Positions 23,501-30,240 of a stretch of DNA of 64,000 bases are shown piece after piece. How positions within the stretch are numbered: position 1 is the stretch's first letter; each line of letters starts with the position of its first letter. Under the pieces are notes generated by a model. The model had not been told where the DNA came from. It ran no database searches and was given only the letters and a program-made list of their open reading frames with translations. This DNA is from Candidatus Kapaibacterium sp. GTDB lineage: Bacteria; Bacteroidota; Ignavibacteria; Kapaibacteriales; Kapaibacteriaceae. The stretch is from positions 3,354-67,353 of the forward strand of contig JAURNF010000218.1 in assembly GCA_030830285.1 (NCBI GenBank). Reading direction: 5' to 3'. A program made the position numbers and the translations under genes.

Positions 23501-25235
23501 TTGTGTTCGGGCACACTGCAGTTGGTGAACCGACAACAGTGTTGGCTGGTGGAATTGGGTTAATCACAAGGTTCGCTGTAAACGTAGCCGAGCAAAGGTT
23601 GCTTGGTCCGTTTGCAACAATCACCTGAACCGTTGTTGTCTGTGCAGCTGTTGGCTGGACTACAGCGGCGACCGGGAATGTGATCGTTGGGTTCTGAACT
23701 GTTGTCGATGACAACGAAGCACCCGTTGGGTTCGCTGTGATCGACCAGTTGTATGTGTTACCCGTTGGTGCCGTCAGTGACGACGAAACTGTCGTCGAAA
23801 CGTTCGCGCACTGCGTTGGTGTACCAACCGTGATCGAGCCAGATGGCGTCGTGTAGATTGTTACGCGGTTGTTAAACGTAATAGCTGCCGAAGCACATGA
23901 TGGTGCTGCAGGGTTAGTTTCAGTAACCGTGATGTTATATGACGAACCGCCTTGTGATCCGCCTGCAGGGAATGTGATCGTTGCCTGATCTGCACCCGTG
24001 CCGCCTGTAACGATCGTAGCCGCGCCTTGGGAACAGCTCCAGCTGAACGTCGAACCAGTTACCGTGCGTGTTGCTGTGTACGTTACCGAGCCGCCCTGGC
24101 ACACATTCTGGTTGCCAGAGATCGAAGCTGGGTTTGAAGGAGTTGCTGTCGCATTCAACTGCGCTGTAGCCGATGTAACTGTTTCACAGTTGTTCATCGT
24201 AGCGCGTGTGTAGAAGAAGTACGATTGATTCGATGTCGATGCTGGCGGAGCATATACATACTGATATGGAGCAATTCCATCCGAACCAACATTCGTACCG
24301 CCAACACCATTACAGTCCACACCAGGCGTTGGGCACTGGAAGAATTGCACTTGCGTACCTGCGAGTCCAGGAGCTGCTGGATCCCATGAATAGCACACAT
24401 TCACGTAACCACCTGGGTTCAGAATGTTTGCTTGGTTGAGGCCAATTGTACCAGCTGGAGCTTGGCAATTGTTCAGGAGACCGATAGAGACTTGATTCTG
24501 AGCCGCATTAATAAATGCAGCATTGTACTGGATGTCTTCAACTTGGATGATGATGCGGCCAGCGTTCGCTGCGCCAACGCAGTGGAGCTGAAGCTGGACG
24601 TCAACAACGTCAGCGTTAGCAACACCAGGTGCGCCACCAGGAAGGAAGAACGGAACATCTTCGAATGTTACATAGAGAATGTTCGTTGCAGCATTGAATT
24701 CCCACCAGATCTGACCACCAAGCTGTGGTGACAGGTCAGTGTTACAGAGGTAGATGGCATTGTACGTCTGGTTCAGACCAGGCGCGCCAAGATTGCGTGG
24801 AGCAATCTGTGTTTCAAGTGGAGCGTTACGGAACGTGATGAAGCCGTTCGATCCGATGTAGAAACCATTGACGCCAAGGTCAATTGTTTCGCCATGGAAT
24901 ACAAACTGCTCACCAGGAATCAGGATTTGTCCTGAAACTTGGTCGTCGTCGAGATTGACAACGTTAGCCGCAACTGGCGCAACTTGAGCCGCTGCAGCAA
25001 CACCTGCTCCAGCATACCCAATGTTCACGCCTGCCGGTGTGAGGTTACCGGTCACCGTCGTCGATGATCCAGCACAAACTGGTGCCGTAGAATACGTTGT
25101 TGTCAACGTAGTCTGCGCTTGAACCGAACTGCTACTGAGCAGACCGGCCGTCGTGATCATCACGAGCAACAGCGCGCGGAGCCATAGCCCCACCTTCCGT
25201 TGTCCTGATGAGTACGTGGAATCGAATCGATTCAT
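14514..25235 (-). CDS. Giant (~3573 aa) T9SS-secreted surface protein/adhesin: NIDO-like N-terminal domain, many Cys-containing Ig/PKD-like repeats, CTD
   Basis: ATG at 25235 with GGAGG 5 nt upstream (the ORF-track start at 25415 is likely too long); signal peptide ending VQA|Q; repeats IxGPxxVC...Y.WxVTGG.I..G.GT..I.VxW; CTD VSPNPTNG...LSAGAYNV...MVRQ. Confidence 0.85.
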   Translation of the reverse strand: MNRFDSTYSSGQRKVGLWLRALLLVMITTAGLLSSSSVQAQTTLTTTYSTAPVCAGSSTTVTGNLTPAGVNIGYAGAGVAAAAQVAPVAANVVNLDDDQVSGQILIPGEQFVFHGETIDLGVNGFYIGSNGFITFRNAPLETQIAPRNLGAPGLNQTYNAIYLCNTDLSPQLGGQIWWEFNAATNILYVTFEDVPFFLPGGAPGVANADVVDVQLQLHCVGAANAGRIIIQVEDIQYNAAFINAAQNQVSIGLLNNCQAPAGTIGLNQANILNPGGYVNVCYSWDPAAPGLAGTQVQFFQCPTPGVDCNGVGGTNVGSDGIAPYQYVYAPPASTSNQSYFFYTRATMNNCETVTSATAQLNATATPSNPASISGNQNVCQGGSVTYTATRTVTGSTFSWSCSQGAATIVTGGTGADQATITFPAGGSQGGSSYNITVTETNPAAPSCASAAITFNNRVTIYTTPSGSITVGTPTQCANVSTTVSSSLTAPTGNTYNWSITANPTGASLSSTTVQNPTITFPVAAVVQPTAAQTTTVQVIVANGPSNLCSATFTANLVINPIPPANTVVGSPTAVCPNTNVVYTITGNTGLGNTYTYSASGLAYTWQGGYINGTSTGATSRTIQWTAAAGGTGTVTVVESTTSGCTRTYSTTTTVHALPAPSIVGANTPCQFLASATGNPSFQTAPTPLNYTYGLASGNVANGYRWVLTGGSIVAANAATTTTLPATSTNTGGTGVGGNFNTGVTQVTVQWTSTGAQSISCVENTVNGCQATTTMAVTVTASPVAADFGMTGAGIGAATIPCAGATHTYTVAGAGSHTISVSGNSSLSAATGGLSIGGGQVTGTGAGTFDVTWGSGSTGTITHEYTVGGCASLETYTISIQPLPSFTITPPSGTLCGGLSHTWNVSGLVNDGGSPTYLWAELSDPSGIGTPGATSASSFTVAFSNPGTATASYQVSCVVTGSAPTSCVSATVTSSVTITQTPSAPVLSSGAATSCASDANGTRSQSYTFTGTAGGTLNWTVSGAPAGTTTSGSVTLPSAFSVTWGQIARVASTAPTSQVVTVSATQTVAGCTSSSASTTTTLYAMPADAQVATTGGAPAITSLCAGTIVPVGLTVTTNGNSGQPTINYTWTASGVTLSAAGPATTNSITNLGGAGAKSITVTATDPASSCATTTVTSFTVAPVPTPVVSGPTAVCQEINNPVGQPHAGPWTHTYDYSTTLVSGNSYGWQATEGFIVGYSTNNGGSWITPAGNVTPVGSQTLAATVNASRIRVVFYGTTPGRVKVTETFPGGAGCGTTTPDYNVNFNPRPTAQTLSTSTANVCSGSNGTITLASSQVNWTYRLEVSTNGGTSWALSTAPQVAGTGAGLTFTVPAAELAFTATAPTASTYTFRAIATSSGASLVTGCGPYVASVANTAINVHGIPPTPTLTVNAGSERTCFGSLINFTAVNTVTWANYQLERSPAGAGVWTLVGTFGGGAGSIALADATSPAGGVPTLATPNYDFRVRAVSSTNPPACQSGNSTTASTTVFALPTNPGVTITPNPVCFEENFTVSLATTQAGVIYQVRKGGAALSPAVTVLGDGTGKTLTINSAYLMPTITSNPSTSSNVTVDVSAALVQNATHTRAIPAGGCLQSYGSTVVAVLEKPVASISSNATACGGSTTVFTPGNVTPAPNQFFDWTFTTTPPAGTTPTFANRTVNNTVNPFTVTWGDYAVSCNPVAGSPETQTHTVRLIAENANGCLDTTTRSVTLYPTPFDAFVQGDATACVYGGYEEHIKTYSLKRTLGATCTFPTGTTYAWSMSTGTVSGTIRSGQGTTDIIGEWNTTGGSGTGTVTCVVTLPASWGACSSTKSMNVTVYPLPTPAIVGPTDVCQNNPGSPTSTSNYSSTLYTGDTYKWDVVGGTITTPGGAAGAGTVASPSTVTALNQNTITVTWGSTPTNSATVTLTETTPAGCVARNTITVNVRATPTPVISGPTTMCDNAVATFSTANNAPNNTYNWAITGNGTITAGVNTASATVLAGNLAGGNFTISVTETATATTCSKTVSKVVSLAATPVPTITRVTAGGSVGGACVNQTITYGNSDATTGTFGYLWTVSANGAISGANNASTVDVNWTTTGTGTVTLSKWHSATQCTTTVAQNVTVVNPPAPIITGATNVCGNSTQTYSTTNNAGNTYSWSLGNATILSGSGTNALTVKWNNPAPGATLSSTVTVTETNTASGCSNSASVLVTINSMPTQTAIAGPATVCNGSTQNYSVTNGGGQEYSWTVTGGAIVSGNGTSAISVQWTTVGTQTVGVTITTAGTTCSTSLTRNVAVEDQPAPAITGTSPVCTGTTTSYSTPAVAGHTYQWTLSGGGTAVSGTTSNSYSVKWTTAGTHTVTVTQRNASANCQATATMNVVVNQTPTQTAISGPAVVCNGSIENYTVVNVAGQTYTWTVTGGAITDGAGTNDVAVQWTTLGNQTVSVTISTTGTNCSTSLTRNVSVEEQPNPYIAGPTVVCSGETVEYSTDDNAGHSYAWTVSGGGSIVSNPASSTINVQWTTAGSWTLSVTQVNSSGNCARTQIATVVVKQTPTATAISRVTPGGNLNQACQGQQITYSTPANAASTFNWTVTGGTVVGSATGNQVLVNWQNQGNGTITVTETTTGTTCATTRTANVAVGYQPTPAIDGARVVCIDKTHTYATLTVPGSTYNWSITPANAFQTVAGYPAASEITVRWIQPGLHTMTVTETALGGFCVGVQTINVRVNPIPTPAITSATGFGNPSTRRPGVVCNNSTHTYAVTATPDNVFQWAVTGGTILSGQNTNTITVQWGAAGAGTVACTETVPGSDCITTTTQQIDIRRTPTPVITGEVNPCGNATFDYTTPLVTGNTYTWSAIGGTGVQTAPNTFRVTCTAPVWPNTGTASVTVREDVADVAPAGTCFATTTLNVTIRPIPPVPTITGPTVVCATDLTDSPATVNTASYTSSIPTITGASGSLTPTWSVTGGAIVSGQGTLTLNVQWANGGSTPVTGTVTCLHTSTFGCTATGTLSVTVNPLPNPSIVGASSACQNTVENYSTVGVPGNTYVWSLTGGNIIRSGQGTPNVAVEWTLPGVATLTVSETNGFGCTVLNQRQVTVNALPQAQLSVSGPTTFCQGGDVTISAPLGFSNYVWNTGETARSIVVRTTGNYWCVVTDANGCSNRSDTVRVNVFPSALPIVTISGPLTFCEGGSVTLTAPAGFSGYLWSNGATTQSVTVTESGSYTVSVSDGNGCTGTSTEVDVTVYAKPTPTLTVVNGTFCTGDSATVSAPAGYVNYTWVSQNGVSYGTSRSIVVKASDDIFCQVVDVNGCAGVSDTVKLTMNRVQTPVVTVNGPTTFCEGGAVTLTAPEGYTSYVWSNGVVGRTITVDRAGEYFVTVANQTCPAVSAKTSITVNNLPAVPTIQRMGDVLSANSTAATAYQWIRNGVDMPGAANKQLTVNLPGTYRVRITDANGCENTSEGFDVILTDVNDDVVAGHQAALRVSPNPTNGRFTIETIVSEAGPVRIELVNALGELVMTLNETSVAGNFRATVDMGTLSAGAYNVVVSAGSQRWVARMVRQ
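17785..18540 (-). repeat. Internal 504-bp-period duplication within the giant gene
   Basis: GCTGTCTGCGTTGG at 18022 and 18526; ACGTTACGTGTGAGTGATGTCGA near 17800 and 18304; peptides PTQTAI.GP..VCNGS...CSTSLTRNV.VE.QP repeated. Confidence 0.75.
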
Positions 25236-25490
25236 ACGATCCTCCAAATGAAACTTTGAAATACTGTTATTCGATTTATTCTTCTTCGTTGAGCTAGGTA
25301 TGATGATTGTATCCCCTGCCGCAAACAGCGATTGGCGCCCGTGGCGCCCCGTTGTTTCGGAATGTACATTCGGTCGGGTCATGCGACAGCCGGCCCCTTC
25401 GTACAAGTGATTCATACAGTGATTCCGAACCGTGGATTAATAACGGCGCGGGACACGCCTCCCCCACGCTGGGTGGGACGCGCATCGGCG

Positions 25491-25498
25491 CAAAAATA
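25491..25498 (-). promoter_or_regulatory. -7 promoter element (TATTTTTG) of the giant gene, implying a ~250-nt 5' UTR
   Basis: CCTATTTTTGCGC on the minus strand, the same context as the atp promoter element. Confidence 0.6.
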
Positions 25499-25617
25499 GG
25501 AGGCAACGTCGGATCCACCAAACGGTAAATTTTGGGTACCTGCCATTGGCAGGACCCGAGCCGTTGCGTAGATGTACTGGCGTGCTTCCATCGTAATCAA
25601 ATGCAATTCAGTGGTAG

Positions 25618-25639
25618 GGTGTGAAATAGATTTCACACC
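25618..25639. promoter_or_regulatory. Perfect inverted repeat GGTGTGAAAT-AG-ATTTCACACC, candidate transcription-factor operator
   Basis: 10-bp arms, no U-tract on either strand, about 120 bp upstream of the giant-gene promoter. Confidence 0.5.
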
Positions 25640-25744
25640 ATAAACGCGGAGTTGACGGTTTTGAAGCACGTGTCCCCAAAATCCCAACCCACTTTCATGG
25701 CAGAGTAGACTATACAATGACCGTGCCAAAAAACGGTACATTCG

Positions 25745-26755
25745 TTAAGTGGTTGAGTTTTCAGCACGATACACACTTACGTATCCCCAAAGCGCCTCGA
25801 CAAGGGGGTCGAGGCCTTCATGCGCAACGGCCGAAATCATCATTGGCTTGTGGCGCTTCACCCAGGAATTGGCCTTTAGGGCCTTGCGGCCGTCCTCGTC
25901 GAGCAAATCGAGCTTGCTGAGCACAACAATCGACTGTTTCTTGGCCATCTGGGGGTTGTATTGCTTGAGCTCTCGCTTCAACACCGCAAGGTCTGCCCCA
26001 AGGTCCTCACTGGTGCAGTCAAGCAGGAACACGAGCACTGCCGTGCGCTCGACGTGACGTAAGAACTGATGCCCCAAGCCTTTACCTTCGTGCGCCCCTT
26101 CAATCAACCCAGGAATATCGGCTACCGAGAAGGAACGGCCAATCCCAGCACGCACAATCCCAAGGTTGGGGATGAGCGTGGTAAAGGGGTAATCGGCAAT
26201 CTTTGGCTTTGCAGCACTAATCACAGAGATGAGGGTGCTCTTGCCGGCATTGGGATAGCCCACTAACCCTACATCAGCCAACAGCTTAAGCTCGAATTCG
26301 AGCGTGCATTCCTGACCCGGTGTACCTGGGTCGGCCATGCGCGGAGCTTGGTTGATTGACGTCACGAATTCCGAGTTTCCACGTCCACCACGACCGCCCT
26401 TAGCAACAAGGACGCGCTGGCCGTGCACGGAAAGGTCTGCAATCTGCTCACCGGATTCGCGATCACGCACCACTGTACCTGCTGGAACACGAATCACGAC
26501 ATCGTCGCCACTCTTGCCTGTGCAGTTGCTCTGACCCCCTCTTGCACCAGCCTTGGCTTTGTAGATGCGCGTGTACCGGAAGTCGAGAAGCGTCCCAAGT
26601 TGTTGATCTGCTTCGACATACACGGATCCCCCATTGCCTCCATTGCCACCATCCGGGCCACCCATAGGTACGTACTTTTCACGACGAAACGAGATGTGCC
26701 CCGCTCCGCCGTCACCGGCCTTGACTTCAATCCAGGCCGTATCGATAAAATTCAT
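25745..26755 (-). CDS. obgE: GTPase ObgE/CgtA
   Basis: FRREKYVPMGGPDGGNGG, GYPNAGKST, DYPFTTL, DIPGLIEGA. Confidence 0.97.
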   Translation of the reverse strand: MNFIDTAWIEVKAGDGGAGHISFRREKYVPMGGPDGGNGGNGGSVYVEADQQLGTLLDFRYTRIYKAKAGARGGQSNCTGKSGDDVVIRVPAGTVVRDRESGEQIADLSVHGQRVLVAKGGRGGRGNSEFVTSINQAPRMADPGTPGQECTLEFELKLLADVGLVGYPNAGKSTLISVISAAKPKIADYPFTTLIPNLGIVRAGIGRSFSVADIPGLIEGAHEGKGLGHQFLRHVERTAVLVFLLDCTSEDLGADLAVLKRELKQYNPQMAKKQSIVVLSKLDLLDEDGRKALKANSWVKRHKPMMISAVAHEGLDPLVEALWGYVSVYRAENSTT

Positions 26756-27870
26756 AGGTAGCTCCTGTGCATGGCCTGCGCAAACTCCATGGCCGCCGCA
26801 CTATCGGGCGCCACACCCTGCCGGGCAAACCAACGGTCGAGCTCGCCAGCAGCTTCTCGCCATGTCGCACGTCGCAGGATCTCCTGCACGGTGTGGTCAA
26901 ATTGGGTGTGATCCCGTGAAAAGATCTTCTTTACGATTCGCTCCTTGGTAGAAGCATCAAGCTGGGCAATAAACTTTGCCACCCGCTGGGCTGCCTGAGG
27001 TCCCTCGCTTTGCTCGGGAGAGGTCTCAGCTGTCTGAGGTCCCTCGCTCTGCTCGGGAGAGCTCTCAGCAAAATCATTCGTCCCAATCGAGGCGATCACG
27101 TCGTTGATCACGTCGATCAGCTTGCTACGCGTGAGCGTACGGAGCTCCTCGCGGTACAGCAGGCGTTCGAGCGCCTGCGAAATTGGGATAGCCCCTTTAT
27201 CATCCAAAAAGATGATGACGGCCTCGGTTGGCACTGCCTCGGAGGGCAGATTTGGGTCGGCTTCGTAGAAAAACCCGTACAACCCATCCAACAACCGCAC
27301 GAATTCGTCCTGCGAGAGGTCCAGAATGGCGTCGTTATCGACCTTTTCGACGATCCGCTCGAACTCGATGACGCTGAGGATCTCGTACGACGAGGCTTCT
27401 GCCGGACGTGTGGCCGCCCACTGACGGATCCCGTCGAGGAGATATGCGTTGTCTGTGAGGTAGTTGAGCCGCATCAGGACTTCGTAAAGGGGCTTTGTAG
27501 GCTCCCCACGGTACACAAACCACTTGAGGGTGGTACGTGGACGGCACAAGAAGTTCAGACGGGTCTTAACGGCTGCATCGATGGTTGCATTCAGTTCCTC
27601 GTGGTCGAACCGGGCCGACCCAAGGTAGAGCTCGTCAAGCTTCGGGAAAACGCTCTGCAGCTCGGGCGCGGACGTATCGAACCGTGGGTTCGATGCACGC
27701 AGTGCCCGCTCCTCATAGAGCCACCACTCCGCCTCGGCCTTGAAAAAGGCCCTGTACGAAGGATGAATATTCGCGTTTGCCAGAATGGCTGCGAGAGATG
27801 TGCTGGGTTGACGCGTGTCGAGTCGCTGCTTGAGTTGCTTGCGAACACGGTCAATCTCTTTCTCGAACAT
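26752..27870 (-). CDS. Hypothetical, probably all-helical protein
   Basis: 372-aa ORF overlapping the obgE start by 4 nt; preceded by a TAACTTG element. Confidence 0.75.
   Translation of the reverse strand: MFEKEIDRVRKQLKQRLDTRQPSTSLAAILANANIHPSYRAFFKAEAEWWLYEERALRASNPRFDTSAPELQSVFPKLDELYLGSARFDHEELNATIDAAVKTRLNFLCRPRTTLKWFVYRGEPTKPLYEVLMRLNYLTDNAYLLDGIRQWAATRPAEASSYEILSVIEFERIVEKVDNDAILDLSQDEFVRLLDGLYGFFYEADPNLPSEAVPTEAVIIFLDDKGAIPISQALERLLYREELRTLTRSKLIDVINDVIASIGTNDFAESSPEQSEGPQTAETSPEQSEGPQAAQRVAKFIAQLDASTKERIVKKIFSRDHTQFDHTVQEILRRATWREAAGELDRWFARQGVAPDSAAAMEFAQAMHRSYL
26995..27069. repeat. Two tandem 39-bp palindromic units in frame (ESSPEQSEGPQTA / ETSPEQSEGPQAA)
   Basis: CTGAGGTCCCTCGCT(T/C)TGCTCGGGAGAG(G/C)TCTCAGC at 26995 and 27034. 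Confidence 0.85.
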
Positions 27871-27887
27871 GACGGCAAGTTACGAAC

Positions 27888-29252
27888 CTACCCAAACAAT
27901 GCTGCGAGCACAGGCGAAAGACGTTCAACAGGGACAACGTTGGCAACCTTGCCTTCGCCAGATTTTGGCGCATAGATCTGATCAAGTCCTAACCGCACAG
28001 CCTCGGATACGCGCTGCTCGAGGTAGGCCACGCGACGCACCTCACCAGTAAGTCCAAGCTCGCCGACAAATGCCACACCGTTGGGGATGGGTTTGTCCAT
28101 GATGGAGCTGGTAATCGCTACAGCAACACCGAGATCGATCGCAGGATCTTGCACAGCGATACCACCAGCGACGTTCACGAACACATCGCTTTGTCGCACC
28201 TGCACACCACCGCGCTTCTCGAGCACAGCAAGAATCATCTGCAGTCGCTTTGCGTCGTACCCTGTGCTCACACGCTGTGGCATGCTGAAGCCGGTTGGCG
28301 ATACAAGCGCTTGTACTTCGATCAAGAGTGGACGTGTGCCTTCGATGACTGCGACAACTGCAGTGCCTGGTTCGTTCGCATTGCGATTACTGAGCAACAC
28401 TTCACTTGGGTTGTGTACTTCACGCAATCCGGTGGACGTCATGTCGAACACACCAAGCTCGTTTGTCGAGCCGTAGCGATTCTTGAGCGCACGTAATACG
28501 CGGTACGAGTATGTGCCCTCGCCTTCGAACTGCAGCACAGCATCAACCATGTGTTCAAGCACTTTCGGACCAGCAATCATTCCGTCCTTCGTGACGTGAC
28601 CAATGATGATGATTGGTATGCCACTTCGCTTTGCAATGCGAGTGAGCAGTGATGTACACTCACGCACTTGCGCAACACTGCCAGCAGATGATTCAAGCAC
28701 ATCGGTCGTTATCGTCTGAACCGAGTCGACAACAACAAGTGATGGCGCAGAATGTTCGATGAGTGCAGCAATGCGCTCAACACTGGTCTCTGAAGCAACA
28801 ACAATTCCGTTTGCTGATATGGCCAATCGTTCAGCACGCTGCTTGATCTGATGCAAACTCTCTTCACCTGTCACATACAAGCACGGACGTTCTGCAGAGA
28901 GCGAACCTGCATAGGCGGCAAGCTGAAGCATGAGCGTACTCTTGCCCATGCCGGGATCACCACCGACCAACACGATACTACCTGGCATGAGACCACCACC
29001 GAGTACGCGATCGAGCTCTGCCATTCCCGTGGGTATGCGTTGCGCTTGATCGGCTTGTACATCAGAGAGTGCAGTTGAGAGTACCGAGCCAACTGCTTGT
29101 GCACGACGTTTGGCAGATGCACCTTTTGCTGTTGCAGATGCGTCGACTTCTTCGATCATCGACTCCCATGTGCCACATCCCGGACATCGTCCCATCCACT
29201 TCGGGGCGGAATGTCCGCAGCTTGAACAGCGATAGACGGTGCGTATCTTCAT
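27888..29252 (-). CDS. radA: DNA repair protein RadA/Sms
   Basis: Zn finger CSSCG...KWMGRCPGC, Walker A GGDPGMGKST, KNRYG motif, Lon-like C-terminus. Confidence 0.97.
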   Translation of the reverse strand: MKIRTVYRCSSCGHSAPKWMGRCPGCGTWESMIEEVDASATAKGASAKRRAQAVGSVLSTALSDVQADQAQRIPTGMAELDRVLGGGLMPGSIVLVGGDPGMGKSTLMLQLAAYAGSLSAERPCLYVTGEESLHQIKQRAERLAISANGIVVASETSVERIAALIEHSAPSLVVVDSVQTITTDVLESSAGSVAQVRECTSLLTRIAKRSGIPIIIIGHVTKDGMIAGPKVLEHMVDAVLQFEGEGTYSYRVLRALKNRYGSTNELGVFDMTSTGLREVHNPSEVLLSNRNANEPGTAVVAVIEGTRPLLIEVQALVSPTGFSMPQRVSTGYDAKRLQMILAVLEKRGGVQVRQSDVFVNVAGGIAVQDPAIDLGVAVAITSSIMDKPIPNGVAFVGELGLTGEVRRVAYLEQRVSEAVRLGLDQIYAPKSGEGKVANVVPVERLSPVLAALFG

Positions 29253-29275
29253 CAGTATTGATTCCTCATTAGGTC

Positions 29276-29283
29276 CAAAGCTA
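29276..29283 (-). promoter_or_regulatory. -7 promoter element (TAGCTTTG) for radA
   Basis: Matches TAnnTTTG; 23 nt upstream of the ATG, with GAGGA in the short leader. Confidence 0.55.
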
Positions 29284-29298
29284 GGGAATGTTTTCCGC

Positions 29299-30225
29299 GT
29301 GCACGTAGCTCATTCCACACACGTTCCGTCAATCACAGAAGCATACGAGGTATGCCGACGTGTGACGTTCACGCATGCGAAAACGTTCTACTTCGCATCA
29401 CACTTCATTGCCCCACACAAACGCAACGCCTGCTACGCAGTCTATGCATTTTGTCGGTACGTCGACGATCTCATCGATGTGGCGATGGAGCGAGGAGACG
29501 TGACACGTGATCATGCTGTGACGTTGGTGGCACAATGGCGCAAAGATCTGGACGCACTCTATGCAGGCGAACATCTTCCATCGTCTGGAGCCGACGATCC
29601 AACAAAGGTTGCGATTCTCACAGCGTGGGAAGACACGCTGTCGACATATCGCATTCCACGCAACTTGCCAGACGAGTTGATTGAAGGTGTGTTGATGGAT
29701 ACCATCGTCACACGTTTCGAGACGTTCGACGAGCTGTATGTGTATTGCTACAAGGTTGCATCCGTCGTGGGATTGATGACGTCCGAGATCTTCGGATACT
29801 CATCGAAGGAAGCTCTTGCGCATGCGATTGAACTTGGCATCGCTATGCAACTCACAAACATTCTTCGCGATGTCGGTGAAGACGCAGAGCGTGGACGGAT
29901 CTATCTGCCGCTGGATGATCTTGATGCATACGGTGTAACAGAAGACGATATCATGTCACGCCGTTGGACACCACAATTGCACGCGTTGATTCGCGACTAC
30001 ACCAATCGTGCTGAATCATACTACGCATCATCTGATCGCGGCATCCCAATGCTCGAGCGTGACAGCCGCACAACGGTCTACTTGATGAGCATGAACTATC
30101 GCAAGATTCTTCGTATCATCGAGTCGATGGACTACAACATCTTCCTCCGTCGCGCAAGCACTACGAAGCTTCAGAAGATCTTCTCGATTCCAGCAGCGTG
30201 GATGCGCGCCAAACGCGGCGCATAG
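29299..30225 (+). CDS. crtB: Phytoene/squalene synthase
   Basis: AKTFYFAS, YAFCRYVDDLID, YCYKVASVVG, LGIAMQLTNILRDVGEDAERGRIYLP; GTG start at 29299 inferred to avoid overlap with radA. Confidence 0.88.
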   Translation: MHVAHSTHVPSITEAYEVCRRVTFTHAKTFYFASHFIAPHKRNACYAVYAFCRYVDDLIDVAMERGDVTRDHAVTLVAQWRKDLDALYAGEHLPSSGADDPTKVAILTAWEDTLSTYRIPRNLPDELIEGVLMDTIVTRFETFDELYVYCYKVASVVGLMTSEIFGYSSKEALAHAIELGIAMQLTNILRDVGEDAERGRIYLPLDDLDAYGVTEDDIMSRRWTPQLHALIRDYTNRAESYYASSDRGIPMLERDSRTTVYLMSMNYRKILRIIESMDYNIFLRRASTTKLQKIFSIPAAWMRAKRGA

Positions 30226-30240
30226 TAGTGCGGCAGTGCG

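Noticed and set aside
25236..25415. 60-aa N-terminal extension of the giant ORF in the ORF track
   Set aside because: The ATG at 25235 has a perfect SD and gives a normal signal peptide; the extension falls in the inferred 5' UTR.
25294..25741. Short ORFs in the obgE-giant gene spacer
   Set aside because: They overlap the promoter and palindromes, and show no SD or protein-like features.
26995..27069. 39-bp repeats as a mini CRISPR array
   Set aside because: Only two adjacent units with no unique spacer, inside a reading frame, and no cas genes nearby.
25745..27900. Impression of a shifted base composition (more G/C runs) around obgE
   Set aside because: Cannot be quantified by eye; the genes are housekeeping and no mobility signatures are present.
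27010..27975. 321-aa plus-strand ORF
   Set aside because: Antisense shadow of the 372-aa gene and the radA end; no recognisable motifs or start signals.
29299..30225. Lone crtB as a novel terpene cluster
   Set aside because: No neighbouring tailoring genes; scattered carotenoid genes are common.
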